Part shown: positions 45,559 to 54,490 of the stretch, piece by piece
Layout of the letters: the number at the start of each line of letters is the position of its first letter
Numbering within the stretch: position 1 is the stretch's first letter
NCBI GenBank assembly: GCA_032128115.1
Contig: JAQBHB010000047.1
Span: 128,001 to 192,000 of the forward strand
DNA length: 64,000 bases
Source of the DNA: Deltaproteobacteria bacterium
GTDB taxonomy: Bacteria; Myxococcota_A; UBA9160; SMWR01
Direction: 5' to 3'
Program-made: the position numbers and the translations under genes
The notes under the pieces: model-generated
Database searches by the model: none
What the model was told of the DNA's origin: nothing
Seen by the model: only the letters and a program-made list of their open reading frames with translations

Positions 45559-46983
45559 TCAGTCCGAAGTCGCCCGGGCGCCGCTCGCGTGGGCCCGACG
45601 GGTCCAGCGCCCGGTGGCCATCCAGAGGCCCGTCGCCGTCGTGAGCACCACGTTGCTGACGAGAAATGCGATCCACAGGCCCGTGGGCCCGAAACGCAGC
45701 ACGAAGGCCAGTACATAGGCGAGGGGCACGGTGATGAGAAACGTGGTGCCCAAGGAGATGAGCATGGGCGCGACCACGTCGCCGGCGCCCTGGAGCGTGC
45801 GGAAGAACACGAAGTAGAAGGCCCACATGGCGAACGAGCCGGAGGCGTAGAGCAGGTACTCGCTGCCTACACCAATCACCTCCGGGTCGTCGCTCAGGAG
45901 CGACACGATCTGGACCCGGAACACCAGCGTGAGCAGGGCGAAGGTCAGCATGACGGAGCCGTGCACCCACAGCCCCACCTTCACCGCGCGGCGAGCGCGG
46001 GGCACATCGCCGGCGCCCAGGTTCTGGCCCACGATCGTGGCGCAGGCCGTGGCCAGGGGGAAGCAGAACGCGGGGGCGATCATGCCCAGGCGAAGCCCGA
46101 TGGCATAGGCCGTCTGCACAGGCTCACCGAAGCTTCCGGTCATCCGCAAGAAAGCGAAGGTGAGGAACAGGTTGCCCACCATCTGGAGCGCCGGGGGCCC
46201 GGAGAGTGCCAGGATGCGGCGGATCATCGCCGGATCCGGTCGCAGGTGGCGCAGCCGCAGGTGCACGCGGCCGCGGCCCCGGAACAGGACGAACAAGCCG
46301 GCGGCGAGCGCCGTCACGTGCCCCAGTGCAACTCCCAGGGCCACGCCGCGCACACCGAGGGCCGGCGCCCCGAAGTGGCCGAAGATCAGGGTCCACTCCG
46401 CCGGCAACGCCACGCCGATCTGCAGCAGCATCAGCAGCAGCGGCGTGGTGGTGTCGCCCGCTCCCGTGAGGATTCCAGACACCAGCAGCGTGCCCACGAA
46501 GCCGAAGCTGAGCAGGAACACGAGCTGCAGGTAGGGCACGCCCTGGGAAGTGAAGCTCGGGTCGGGTCCGGGAAGCGAGAACAGCAGTTCGGGGAAGAAT
46601 CCCCCCAGGATCGCCATGGACGCTGCCAGCACGGCGCCAAGCAACACGGTCTGGCCCGCCACGTGTTCGGCCGCGTCGATGCGCCCCTCTCCCACCGCCC
46701 GGGCGATGAGGGCCTGGGCGCCGAAGCTCGCACCCATCAGGATCATGAACACGGCCTGGCGCAGGCTCTGGTTGACGATGATCACCGACGCCATGGACTT
46801 CTCGCCCAGGCGGCTCAGGAATCCCAGATCGACGAGTTGGAACACGACGCCCTGGGCCAGTCCGCCCACGAGCATGGGGAGTGACAGCATCGCCAGCGAG
46901 GCCAGGACGCTGCCCCGCGTGTGGTCGCGATCACGCCAGAGGGCGAGTCGCCCCGGTCGGGGGCGATGATCGGGCTTGCTCAC
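45559..46983 (-). CDS. MATE family efflux transporter
   Basis: T.GSV...L..LSLP, GAGDT.TP, GQNLGAG. Repeated two-half architecture. Confidence 0.92.
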   Translation of the reverse strand: MSKPDHRPRPGRLALWRDRDHTRGSVLASLAMLSLPMLVGGLAQGVVFQLVDLGFLSRLGEKSMASVIIVNQSLRQAVFMILMGASFGAQALIARAVGEGRIDAAEHVAGQTVLLGAVLAASMAILGGFFPELLFSLPGPDPSFTSQGVPYLQLVFLLSFGFVGTLLVSGILTGAGDTTTPLLLMLLQIGVALPAEWTLIFGHFGAPALGVRGVALGVALGHVTALAAGLFVLFRGRGRVHLRLRHLRPDPAMIRRILALSGPPALQMVGNLFLTFAFLRMTGSFGEPVQTAYAIGLRLGMIAPAFCFPLATACATIVGQNLGAGDVPRARRAVKVGLWVHGSVMLTFALLTLVFRVQIVSLLSDDPEVIGVGSEYLLYASGSFAMWAFYFVFFRTLQGAGDVVAPMLISLGTTFLITVPLAYVLAFVLRFGPTGLWIAFLVSNVVLTTATGLWMATGRWTRRAHASGARATSD

Positions 46984-46997
46984 ACTCGGGAGTTAGC

Positions 46998-47921
46998 TCA
47001 GCCGGAGCTGTCCGGCGGGATTTCGTCGCGCAGGCGGCTCTCGAGTTCTTCCAGCGAGCGCGGCCAGTCGTTCTTGAGAAGCCTCGAAAGCGCCCGGTCC
47101 GCCAACAGTCGGCCGCCGGTCTGGCACGCGGCGCAGTAGTTGGTCTCGTTGCTTGCGTAGACGATTCGCTGCACCGGTGCGCCGCAATCCGGGCACGGCA
47201 CGCGGTGTTTGCCGTGGACCGCCATTTCCGGGCGGAATGCCGTGACGCGCTCTGGAAAATCGCCGCCCGCCTGTTCGCGCAGGCGCTGCGTCCATTCGAC
47301 CAGGGTGTCGCGGGTGGCGGCGTGGAGGCGTTCGATCTCGCCCTCCTCGAGTCGCGAAGTCCACTTCACGGGGGACAGGCGGGCCCGGTGCAGGATCTCA
47401 TCGGAGTAGGCATTGCCGATCCCGCTGAACAGCCGCGGATCGGTGAGCGAGCGCTTGAGGGTGTGGTTGGCCGAGAGCAGGCGTTCGCGGAACGCCGCGG
47501 CATCGGCCCGCAGCACCTCGAGGCCCCCCGGGTCGTGTCGCGCCAGCGCCGCCTCGCCCCGAACCAGGTGCAGGGTGGCGCGTTTCCGGGTGCTGGCCTC
47601 GCTGAGGAGCAGGCTGCCCGTGGCGAAGTCGAAAGCGGCGAGTCCCCGTTTGCGGGCGAGATTCGCGCCCGGTGTGCGCCAGTGGAAGCGCCCGGCGATC
47701 ATGAGGTGGACGATCAGGAAGAGATCGTCTTCCAGCGCGAACACGATGCGCTTGCCCACGCGGCGCAGGGCTTCGACGCGGCGCCCGGCGGCCTCGCTCA
47801 TGGGCGGATCCACCGACCGCAGGACCGACGGGCCGACGATGCGGACCCGCGTCAGTACCTCTCCCCGGCAGCGGGCCTCCAGGGCCTCCAGGTACACCGC
47901 CAGATCGGGGAGTTCCGGCAC
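46998..47921 (-). CDS. Fpg/Nei family DNA glycosylase
   Basis: MPELPD, GKR, HLMIAG, SGIGNAYSDEI, CPDC..CAACQ zinc finger. Confidence 0.93.
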   Translation of the reverse strand: MPELPDLAVYLEALEARCRGEVLTRVRIVGPSVLRSVDPPMSEAAGRRVEALRRVGKRIVFALEDDLFLIVHLMIAGRFHWRTPGANLARKRGLAAFDFATGSLLLSEASTRKRATLHLVRGEAALARHDPGGLEVLRADAAAFRERLLSANHTLKRSLTDPRLFSGIGNAYSDEILHRARLSPVKWTSRLEEGEIERLHAATRDTLVEWTQRLREQAGGDFPERVTAFRPEMAVHGKHRVPCPDCGAPVQRIVYASNETNYCAACQTGGRLLADRALSRLLKNDWPRSLEELESRLRDEIPPDSSG

Positions 47922-47995
47922 GCGCCTAGAATGTCACGCGGCCGATCGTCCCGCCCGTTTTCGATGGTAGGATGACGCTCAGGAGGGGTTGACTC

Positions 47996-49279
47996 ATGGA
48001 GCGAACCATCGGACTTGCCGCGGGCCTGGTGTTGGCGCTGGCGGTATCGCTGCTGCCAGCACTCGCCGACGAAACCTGCCAGTCACCGTACCTGCCCAAG
48101 ATCACCGGGCAGGAGGACTACGTCTACGTCTGGACCCTCGGGATCGAGGGTCTGGGCGACGGATCCGACAAGATCGTGACCATTGGAGTCAACCCGAAGC
48201 GCGACGACTACCGAAAAGTGGTCTCGAGCCTCTCGGTGGGAGGGCGACACGAGGCGCACCACGGGGGCCTCAGCGACGACCGGCGCTATTTCTGGGTCGG
48301 TGGGCTCGACGACAGCAAGATCTTCATCGTCGACGTGGCCAGCAATCCCGCCGAGCCGCGCCTGGTGCGAACGCTCGACGATTTCGAGGAGAAGACCGGC
48401 GGTGTCGTGGGACCCCACGGCTTCTACGCCCTGCCCGGACGCATGCTGATCAGCGCTCTTTCGAACCGGTTGGGCAGCGGCAAGACCGCGCTCGTGGAGT
48501 ACAACAACGAGGGCGACTACATCCGGACGATCTGGATGCCCGAGGGCGCCGAGTACGGCTACGACGCGCGCATCAAGGCCGAGCTGAACCGCATGCTCAC
48601 TTCCTCGTTCACGGGCCACGACAACTACATGCGGCCGTTGTCCGAGCTCCTGGGCGACGGCGAGGCCATGAAGAACTTCGGCAGCACCCTGGTGGTGTGG
48701 GACTACCACGCCCGGAAGCCCCTGCAGACGCTCCATGTGCCCGGTGCCCCCCTCGAGATCCGCTGGGCGCTGCAGCCGGATCACCACTACGCCTTCACCA
48801 GCGCAGCACTGACCTCGAAGCTGTGGACCGTCTTCCGCAAGAGTGACGGGAGCTTCGAGGCGATCGAGGTGGCGGACATCGGGGACCCGTCCGCGGTTCC
48901 GCTGCCGGTGGACATCAGTCTCTCAGCGGACGATCGCTTCCTGTTCGTCGATAGCTTCATGGACGGCATGGTGCGGGTCTTCGACGTGTCGGATCCCCGA
49001 AAGCCGTTGGTGATTCACGAGCAGAAGATCGGGCCCCAGGTGAACATGGTCTCGCAGTCGTGGGATGGAAAGCGTTTGTATTTCACCTCTTCGTTGCTGG
49101 CGAACTGGGACGGCACCGGCAGCGATGACGCCCAGTTCTTCAAGGCTTACTCGTGGGACGGGAAGAAGCTCGATCCGACGTTCGCGATCGATTTTCGCGC
49201 GGAAAAACTGGGGCGCCCCCACCTGATGCGCTTCGGCCAGATCGACTTCTATCGCGGTCGGGTCGCGTCCGCGAAATGA
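47996..49279 (+). CDS. mtoX: Secreted methanethiol oxidase (MtoX)/SBP56 homolog, His variant at a proposed TTQ position
   Basis: Signal peptide, DETCQSP, GQEDYVYVWTLG, HEAHH, GPHGFYALPGRM, VPGAPLEIRW, PLPVD, NMVSQSWDGKR, SLLANWD, LGRPH. Confidence 0.82.
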   Translation: MERTIGLAAGLVLALAVSLLPALADETCQSPYLPKITGQEDYVYVWTLGIEGLGDGSDKIVTIGVNPKRDDYRKVVSSLSVGGRHEAHHGGLSDDRRYFWVGGLDDSKIFIVDVASNPAEPRLVRTLDDFEEKTGGVVGPHGFYALPGRMLISALSNRLGSGKTALVEYNNEGDYIRTIWMPEGAEYGYDARIKAELNRMLTSSFTGHDNYMRPLSELLGDGEAMKNFGSTLVVWDYHARKPLQTLHVPGAPLEIRWALQPDHHYAFTSAALTSKLWTVFRKSDGSFEAIEVADIGDPSAVPLPVDISLSADDRFLFVDSFMDGMVRVFDVSDPRKPLVIHEQKIGPQVNMVSQSWDGKRLYFTSSLLANWDGTGSDDAQFFKAYSWDGKKLDPTFAIDFRAEKLGRPHLMRFGQIDFYRGRVASAK

Positions 49280-49944
49280 GGAACCGGCGCCTGGGCCTCG
49301 CCGTGGGATGCGCCCTGCTGGTGGCCTTTGGCGCCCGCGCCCAGGGCGAGGCGCGCGATCTCCTCTACAGCTTGCCAGATGCGGGAAGCTACGAGCTTCC
49401 CGTCATCGATCGCGTGGACGCCCACCCGTTATTGGGGATCGATGGAAGATCGTCCCTGTTGCCCGACCTCTCCATCGGCCAGTGCGCGCTGGTCTCGTTC
49501 GTGTACCTGCACTGCCCGGACGCCGCCGGTTGCCCCATGGCCCTGGCCTCGCTGCAGCGTCTCGATCGAGCGGTGGCGGCGCGAGGCGATCTGGCGGGGC
49601 GCGTCCGGCTCGTGACGGTGAGCTTCGACCCGGAACGCGACGGCCCGGAACAGATGGCGGAGATCCGACACCACATGGCGCCTCGTGGCGACTGGCGCTT
49701 CCTGACGGCCAGCGACACGGCGGAACTCGAGCCGGTGCTGGTGGATTACGGACAGGATGTGGTGCCGCTGTTCAGCGACAAGGGGACGAGGCTGCCCATC
49801 CTGCGCCACGTGGCCAAGGTATTCCTGCTGGATGGGGAGGGGGGCGTGCGAAACGTCTACAGCAGCGGCTTCCTGGATCACCGCATCCTGCTTCGCGACG
49901 TGGAGACGCTGCTGCTCACGGGCGCGGACCCGCCGCGCCCGTGA
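49276..49944 (+). CDS. SCO/SenC copper chaperone
   Basis: ATGA overlap with mtoX, signal peptide, SFVYLHCPDAAGCP, VSFDPERD, WRFLT, distal His (LRHV). Confidence 0.85.
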   Translation: MRNRRLGLAVGCALLVAFGARAQGEARDLLYSLPDAGSYELPVIDRVDAHPLLGIDGRSSLLPDLSIGQCALVSFVYLHCPDAAGCPMALASLQRLDRAVAARGDLAGRVRLVTVSFDPERDGPEQMAEIRHHMAPRGDWRFLTASDTAELEPVLVDYGQDVVPLFSDKGTRLPILRHVAKVFLLDGEGGVRNVYSSGFLDHRILLRDVETLLLTGADPPRP

Positions 49945-50166
49945 GCCACAGATCGGGTGCTACGCAGCTGACTTGATGGGGAGCCCGGAAGCCCGGGCTG
50001 GGTCGGCACGGAGGCATCGGACACGGCACCCATCCCCACGGGCCGGCCCGGCGTGTTCCGGGCGGCAGCGTGGAGATCGACCGGCCGCTGGGCTCGATTG
50101 AGGTGGTCCGATCGGCGAGGCGCTACGAGTTGCACACGGGCTGCGCAACCGTGAAACCCGTGAGTG

Positions 50167-50982
50167 TCAGTCAGCGGGGGCCGTTTCCGGTGTCCCGGAA
50201 GTCTCTTGCCGCATGTTGTGGTGCAGCAGCTTGCGGAGGCCGCGCGGAAGGGTGGTGGTGATCTGCATGCGCGCGGGCGTCCGGGACATGTTGCGCCAGC
50301 CGTGGGGAAGTGTCGTCTTGTAGTGGAGAGTGTCGCCGGCCCGGAGTCGGTATTCCTCTTCGCCGATCCAGAACGTGATCTCGCCTTCCTCGCACTGGAT
50401 CAGGGCTTCACCGTCCCAGCGCACCCGCTCGCTGCCGCTGCCGCTGCCGGGTTGCAGGGTCACCCGCCAGGCCTCCAGGCAGGCCTCGAAAAGATCGCCC
50501 ACCAGGCGTTCCATGGTCATGTGCGACGCGATGCCCACGGGGTGGCGTGCCAGGGCCGGGAGGTGCACGGCGTGGAGGTCTTCGGTGATCTCGCGCATCA
50601 GATCGGACGGCGCGCGACCGAGCCCGCGCGCGATCTTGAGGAGGACGCCCACGGTGGGAACCATCTGCTGGGTCTCCACCTTCTGGATGGTGCTGGCCGC
50701 TACGCTGCTGCGCCGGGCCAGCTCCTGTAGGGTTAGATCGCCTTCTTCGCGCCAGCTTCGGATCCGCTGGGCGATGGCCCGGATCTCGGCCTCGATGGGC
50801 GGATCCGGAGGCGCGTCCGCCCGCTGGCGCTCCTCGCCGCCGGGGCGGAGGGCATCGCGGAAGCCGTCCAGGGCGTTTCCCAGTGCGCCGGGCTCCTTCC
50901 AGATCTCGGGGCCGAGGGGAACCGCCGCCGGCTTGGCTGCCAGGGAAGAATCACCACTGGGCCGCCCATTTTCGTTTCGCAT
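50167..50982 (-). CDS. XRE-family HTH regulator with cupin sensor domain
   Basis: LTLQELARRSSVAASTIQKVETQQMVPTV, L.AGDTLHY....PHGWRN. Confidence 0.85.
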   Translation of the reverse strand: MRNENGRPSGDSSLAAKPAAVPLGPEIWKEPGALGNALDGFRDALRPGGEERQRADAPPDPPIEAEIRAIAQRIRSWREEGDLTLQELARRSSVAASTIQKVETQQMVPTVGVLLKIARGLGRAPSDLMREITEDLHAVHLPALARHPVGIASHMTMERLVGDLFEACLEAWRVTLQPGSGSGSERVRWDGEALIQCEEGEITFWIGEEEYRLRAGDTLHYKTTLPHGWRNMSRTPARMQITTTLPRGLRKLLHHNMRQETSGTPETAPAD

Positions 50983-50990
50983 AGGAAAAA

Positions 50991-51019
50991 GGGTTACCAG
51001 GGGGCGTCTCCCACGTCAA
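50991..51019 (-). promoter_or_regulatory. Sigma70-type promoter of the XRE gene
   Basis: Minus strand TTGACG-17 nt-TAACCC (preceded by TGG), 8 nt before the ATG. Confidence 0.5.
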
Positions 51020-51025
51020 GAACAT

Positions 51026-51067
51026 CCCGGTGTCGCTGCTGACCCCCCCGGTGTCGCTGCTGACCCC
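51026..51067. repeat. Perfect 21-bp tandem duplication
   Basis: CCCGGTGTCGCTGCTGACCCC x2. Confidence 0.9.
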
Positions 51068-51108
51068 GATGGGGCCTTCGGTCGGTTTTCAGCGCGGCGG
51101 CGGGCGGC

Positions 51109-51743
51109 CTAACGCCAGGCGAAAACGGGTTGCTCGTAGCTGTGGACCCGCGTTTCGCGGCCCCAGACCGCCACCTCTCTAAGCTGGTAGAGGATGGCCG
51201 CCGTGGGCGCATGGATGTGGGTGCCCAGGAGCGGAATCGAGATGACCGGTCGATCGCTCTCCGGGATCTCCCGCAGCCGCGGAACGTCGGGTCGATCGAG
51301 CTCGCTGAGCGGGATCAGATAGGCGGCCGCCACTTCGTTCGGGTTCGGGACCAGGGGCTCGTCCGAGGCGGCCCACACCACCACCGGCGTGATCCGGTAG
51401 CCCGAGCGGGTGGGGTAGTCATCGAGCACCCCAAGCACCGCAGTGGGTTCGAGGTCCAGGCCCACCTCCTCGGAGAGCTCCCGCAGTGCCGCCTGGGACG
51501 GGCTCTCCCCGAAATCCAGGCGTCCCCCGGGCAGGGCCCACTGGCTCGGATGGGAGCGCAGCTTGGCAGCGCGCCGGGTCAGCACGAAGCACGGCTCGCA
51601 GTGTTCGTTGGCCAGCAGCGCGAGAGTGCCACGGCAGCGTGGCGAAGCTCGCCCTCCGGGTGCTCGAGCCGATCGAAGCGCTTCAGGTTCGTGTGCACCC
51701 GCTGGCGCAGGTCTTCGTCGAAGTGGTGAGCCGGCCCGGACAC
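51109..51743 (-). pseudogene. NUDIX CoA pyrophosphatase, frameshifted near 51622-51626
   Basis: N-terminal VSGPAHHFDEDLRQRVHTNLKRF...RHAAVAL is in one frame; ALL...FVLTRR...QWALPGG...AALRELSEEVG is in another. Extra TC in GCACTCTCGCG. Confidence 0.75.
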
Positions 51744-51810
51744 CGGCGCAGCATATCGCGATCCGGCGCCGGGTGGCGCCCGCGCCGTCGGGCCGCAAGA
51801 CTCGGCCGCC

Positions 51811-52677
51811 GTGCTGGATGCGGAAAGACGAAAGCTCTGGCTCCCGGATCAGGGGGTCGAGATCGCGATTCTCGACTGGGGCGGCGCGGGGCCGCTGGCA
51901 CTTCTGCACCACGCCAACGGGTTCTGCGCCGGGGTCTGGGGTCCCGTGGCCGAGGGGCTGCGTTCGCAATTCCGGGTGGTGGCCATGGACGTGCGGGGCC
52001 ACGGCGATTCCTCGAAGCCCACACCGCCGGCGCCCTACGCGTGGCACCACTTCGCGCGCGACGCCGAGAGCGTGGCCGAGGTCCTGCTGGCGGAGGGCGA
52101 CCGCGACCGCGTCGCTCTGGGTCTGGGGCACTCCTTCGGCGGGTCCGCCCTGCTGGGTGCCGCCGCCTCGCGCCCGGGGCTGTTCGAGCGTCTGGTACTC
52201 CTCGATCCCATCGTGATGCCCCCACCCCCCGTGCCCGGCGGGCCGGTCCGCCCGGTGCGCGGGCACGAGCTGGCCGACGGCGCTCGCAAACGCCGCCAGG
52301 TCTGGCCGGATCGCGAGGCGGCCCGAAGCCGCTGGATCGGCAAACCCATGTTCGAGAACTGGGATCCCCGTGCCTTCGATCTCTACCTCTCCGAGGGAAT
52401 GTGCGATCGGCCGGACGGTCAGGTGGAGCTCAAGTGTTCCGGTGAGGTCGAGGCGAGCATCTTCGAGCAGGGTGGCGACAGCAGGGTCTTCGAGCTGGCC
52501 GCGGACGTTTCCGCCCCCACCCGGATCGTGTGGGCGAAGCATGGCGACTTTCCCCGCCTGCTCTTCGAGCAGCTCGCCGACAGGCTTCCCGAAGGCAGCC
52601 TGAGCGAAGCCGACACAGGGCATCTGGTTCCCATGGAGAAGCCTGCGTGGGTGGTCCGACACGTGCTGGAGGGCTGA
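51811..52677 (+). CDS. Alpha/beta hydrolase
   Basis: HHANGF, DVRGHGDS, GHSFGG nucleophile elbow, TGHLVPME. Confidence 0.9.
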   Translation: MLDAERRKLWLPDQGVEIAILDWGGAGPLALLHHANGFCAGVWGPVAEGLRSQFRVVAMDVRGHGDSSKPTPPAPYAWHHFARDAESVAEVLLAEGDRDRVALGLGHSFGGSALLGAAASRPGLFERLVLLDPIVMPPPPVPGGPVRPVRGHELADGARKRRQVWPDREAARSRWIGKPMFENWDPRAFDLYLSEGMCDRPDGQVELKCSGEVEASIFEQGGDSRVFELAADVSAPTRIVWAKHGDFPRLLFEQLADRLPEGSLSEADTGHLVPMEKPAWVVRHVLEG

Positions 52678-52688
52678 CGGACCGGAGT

Positions 52689-53078
52689 TCAGCGCTCCAC
52701 CGGATTGCCGCGCTCGATCCAGCCGGCCCAGCCCGCGGCCATGGACACCACGCTCGTGAATCCCATTTCCTGCAGCGTCTGCGCCGCCAACGCGCTTCGG
52801 TGGCCCCCGCCGCAATAGAGCACGAGCTTGCGCTCGCGATCCTCGAGCCAGGTGTCCCGCTTGGAATGCGCGAGGTCGGCCCGAACCTCGAGAAATCCGC
52901 GCGGGAAGTTGCGCGCGCCTGGAATGCGCCCCGCTGCAAACTCGTCCGGCTCGCGCACGTCGACGAAGAACCATCCCTCGTGGTCGGGCTCGTCCAGAAG
53001 TCGCCGTGCCTCGTCGGGCGAGATCTCCTCGACCCGCTCGAGGGCCGCGCGAACGAAGTCTGCCAGGGAACGGGGCAA
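52689..53078 (-). CDS. Rhodanese-like domain protein
   Basis: VDVREPDEF..G.IPGA, PRGFLE, LYCGGGHRSALAA. TTG at 53078 with GGAGG. Confidence 0.88.
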   Translation of the reverse strand: MPRSLADFVRAALERVEEISPDEARRLLDEPDHEGWFFVDVREPDEFAAGRIPGARNFPRGFLEVRADLAHSKRDTWLEDRERKLVLYCGGGHRSALAAQTLQEMGFTSVVSMAAGWAGWIERGNPVER

Positions 53079-53082
53079 CGGC

Positions 53083-54003
53083 TCAGCCTCCCAGATACAG
53101 TGCGCCAAGGGCCATCACGGCGAACGCCAACACGCAGATCTGGATGGGTCGATCGGTCAGGATGACCTCCTCCGGCTTCTCGCCGAAACTGCCCTGCTCC
53201 ACCAGGAGGTGATAGCGGAACAGGGCGAACAGCACGCAGGGCACCGTCAGCCAGATCAGCGGGGACTGCGACAGTGTTGCCTTGTGGATGTCGAGCACGT
53301 ACAGCGCATAGCTGATCAGGGCCGCCGCCATGGAAGTGGCCGTAAAGGCGTCCAGGCTCGATCGGGTGTAGCGGGCGAGCACCGGGCGTGCGCGTTCGGC
53401 GCCGTCGTTCAGGGCCAGCATCTCCGCCTTGCGTTTCGACAGGGCCAGGAAGAGCGCCAGGAAGAGCGTGCACACGACGAACCAGTCGGAGATCGGTACG
53501 TGGATGGCCAGGGCCCCCGCCACCGCCCGGATCACGAAGCCCGTAGCGATCAACATCACATCCAGGATCACCACGTTCTTTCCGGCGACCGTGTAGAAGT
53601 GGGTCATGGCGATGTACACCACCACCGCCGCGGCAAAGGTGGGGCCGATCCAGATGGCCAGCCCCAGGGCCAGCGTCGTGAGCGCCGTGGCCAGGGTCGT
53701 CGCCACGGCGGGGGAGACGGCGCCCGAGGCGATCGGCCGGGTACGCTTCTCCGGATGCATCCGATCGCGCTCGGCGTCGAGCAGATCGTTCACCACGTAG
53801 ACCGAGGCGGACGCCAGACAGAAGCCGACGAAGGCCAAGCCGGCGAGGGTCAGGGCCTCCACGTCGAAGAGCTTCTTGGCGAATATCAGAGCCGCGAAGA
53901 GCAGGACGTTCTTGGTCCACTGCTTCGGGCGCATCAGACGCAACAGAGCCAGCGGCATCGCAGCGGTGGCGTGTGCGCCGCCGTGTGTGGGGATCTCCGG
54001 CAC
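53083..54003 (-). CDS. Decaprenyl-phosphate phosphoribosyltransferase-like (UbiA family)
   Basis: RPKQWTKN, YVVNDLLD.E.DR.HPEK..RPIASG, GFVIR, KRKAE, RPVL..Y. Confidence 0.85.
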   Translation of the reverse strand: MPEIPTHGGAHATAAMPLALLRLMRPKQWTKNVLLFAALIFAKKLFDVEALTLAGLAFVGFCLASASVYVVNDLLDAERDRMHPEKRTRPIASGAVSPAVATTLATALTTLALGLAIWIGPTFAAAVVVYIAMTHFYTVAGKNVVILDVMLIATGFVIRAVAGALAIHVPISDWFVVCTLFLALFLALSKRKAEMLALNDGAERARPVLARYTRSSLDAFTATSMAAALISYALYVLDIHKATLSQSPLIWLTVPCVLFALFRYHLLVEQGSFGEKPEEVILTDRPIQICVLAFAVMALGALYLGG

Positions 54004-54106
54004 CCTTCCTCCCGGCGCGTGATTCTACTCGATGGGGCCGAATTCACGCAGCGCCGGGGAGGGCCTCGCGATATATTTGCCGCGAACAAACCGGGGCCAC
54101 CGCATC

Positions 54107-54433
54107 GTGGAACATCCCACAGCCATCCGACCCGAGGAGTTCGCGGTCTTCGACGCGAAGAAGATGGGCAAGGCCACGCTCTTCCGATCGGATCGTCTCA
54201 TGGTGGGCCTGAACGCTTTCGAGGCGGGCCAGGAGCACGACCTCCATGCCCACGAGGGAATGGACAAGGTCTACCATGTGCTCAGCGGACGGGGTGTCTT
54301 CCTGCTCGACGACCGCGAGTTGCCCATGGAGGCGGGGCTGATGCTGGTGGCTCCAGCGGGTGTCGCCCACGGCATCCGCAACAGCGGCGAGGAGCGACTG
54401 GTGGTGCTGGCGGTTCTGGCACCTTCGCCCTGA
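54107..54433 (+). CDS. Cupin 2 domain protein
   Basis: GLNAFEAGQEH.LHAH...DKVY.VL.G, APAG..HG..N. Confidence 0.82.
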   Translation: MEHPTAIRPEEFAVFDAKKMGKATLFRSDRLMVGLNAFEAGQEHDLHAHEGMDKVYHVLSGRGVFLLDDRELPMEAGLMLVAPAGVAHGIRNSGEERLVVLAVLAPSP

Positions 54434-54490
54434 ATCGCACGCTGCGCCCCACCCTGAACTGGACCCCGAACGGAAGCGGAGGCGACACCG

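Noticed and set aside
51109..52974. 621-aa NUDIX fusion protein
   Set aside because: The upstream part is antisense to the alpha/beta hydrolase. The real N-terminus is in another frame from 51743.
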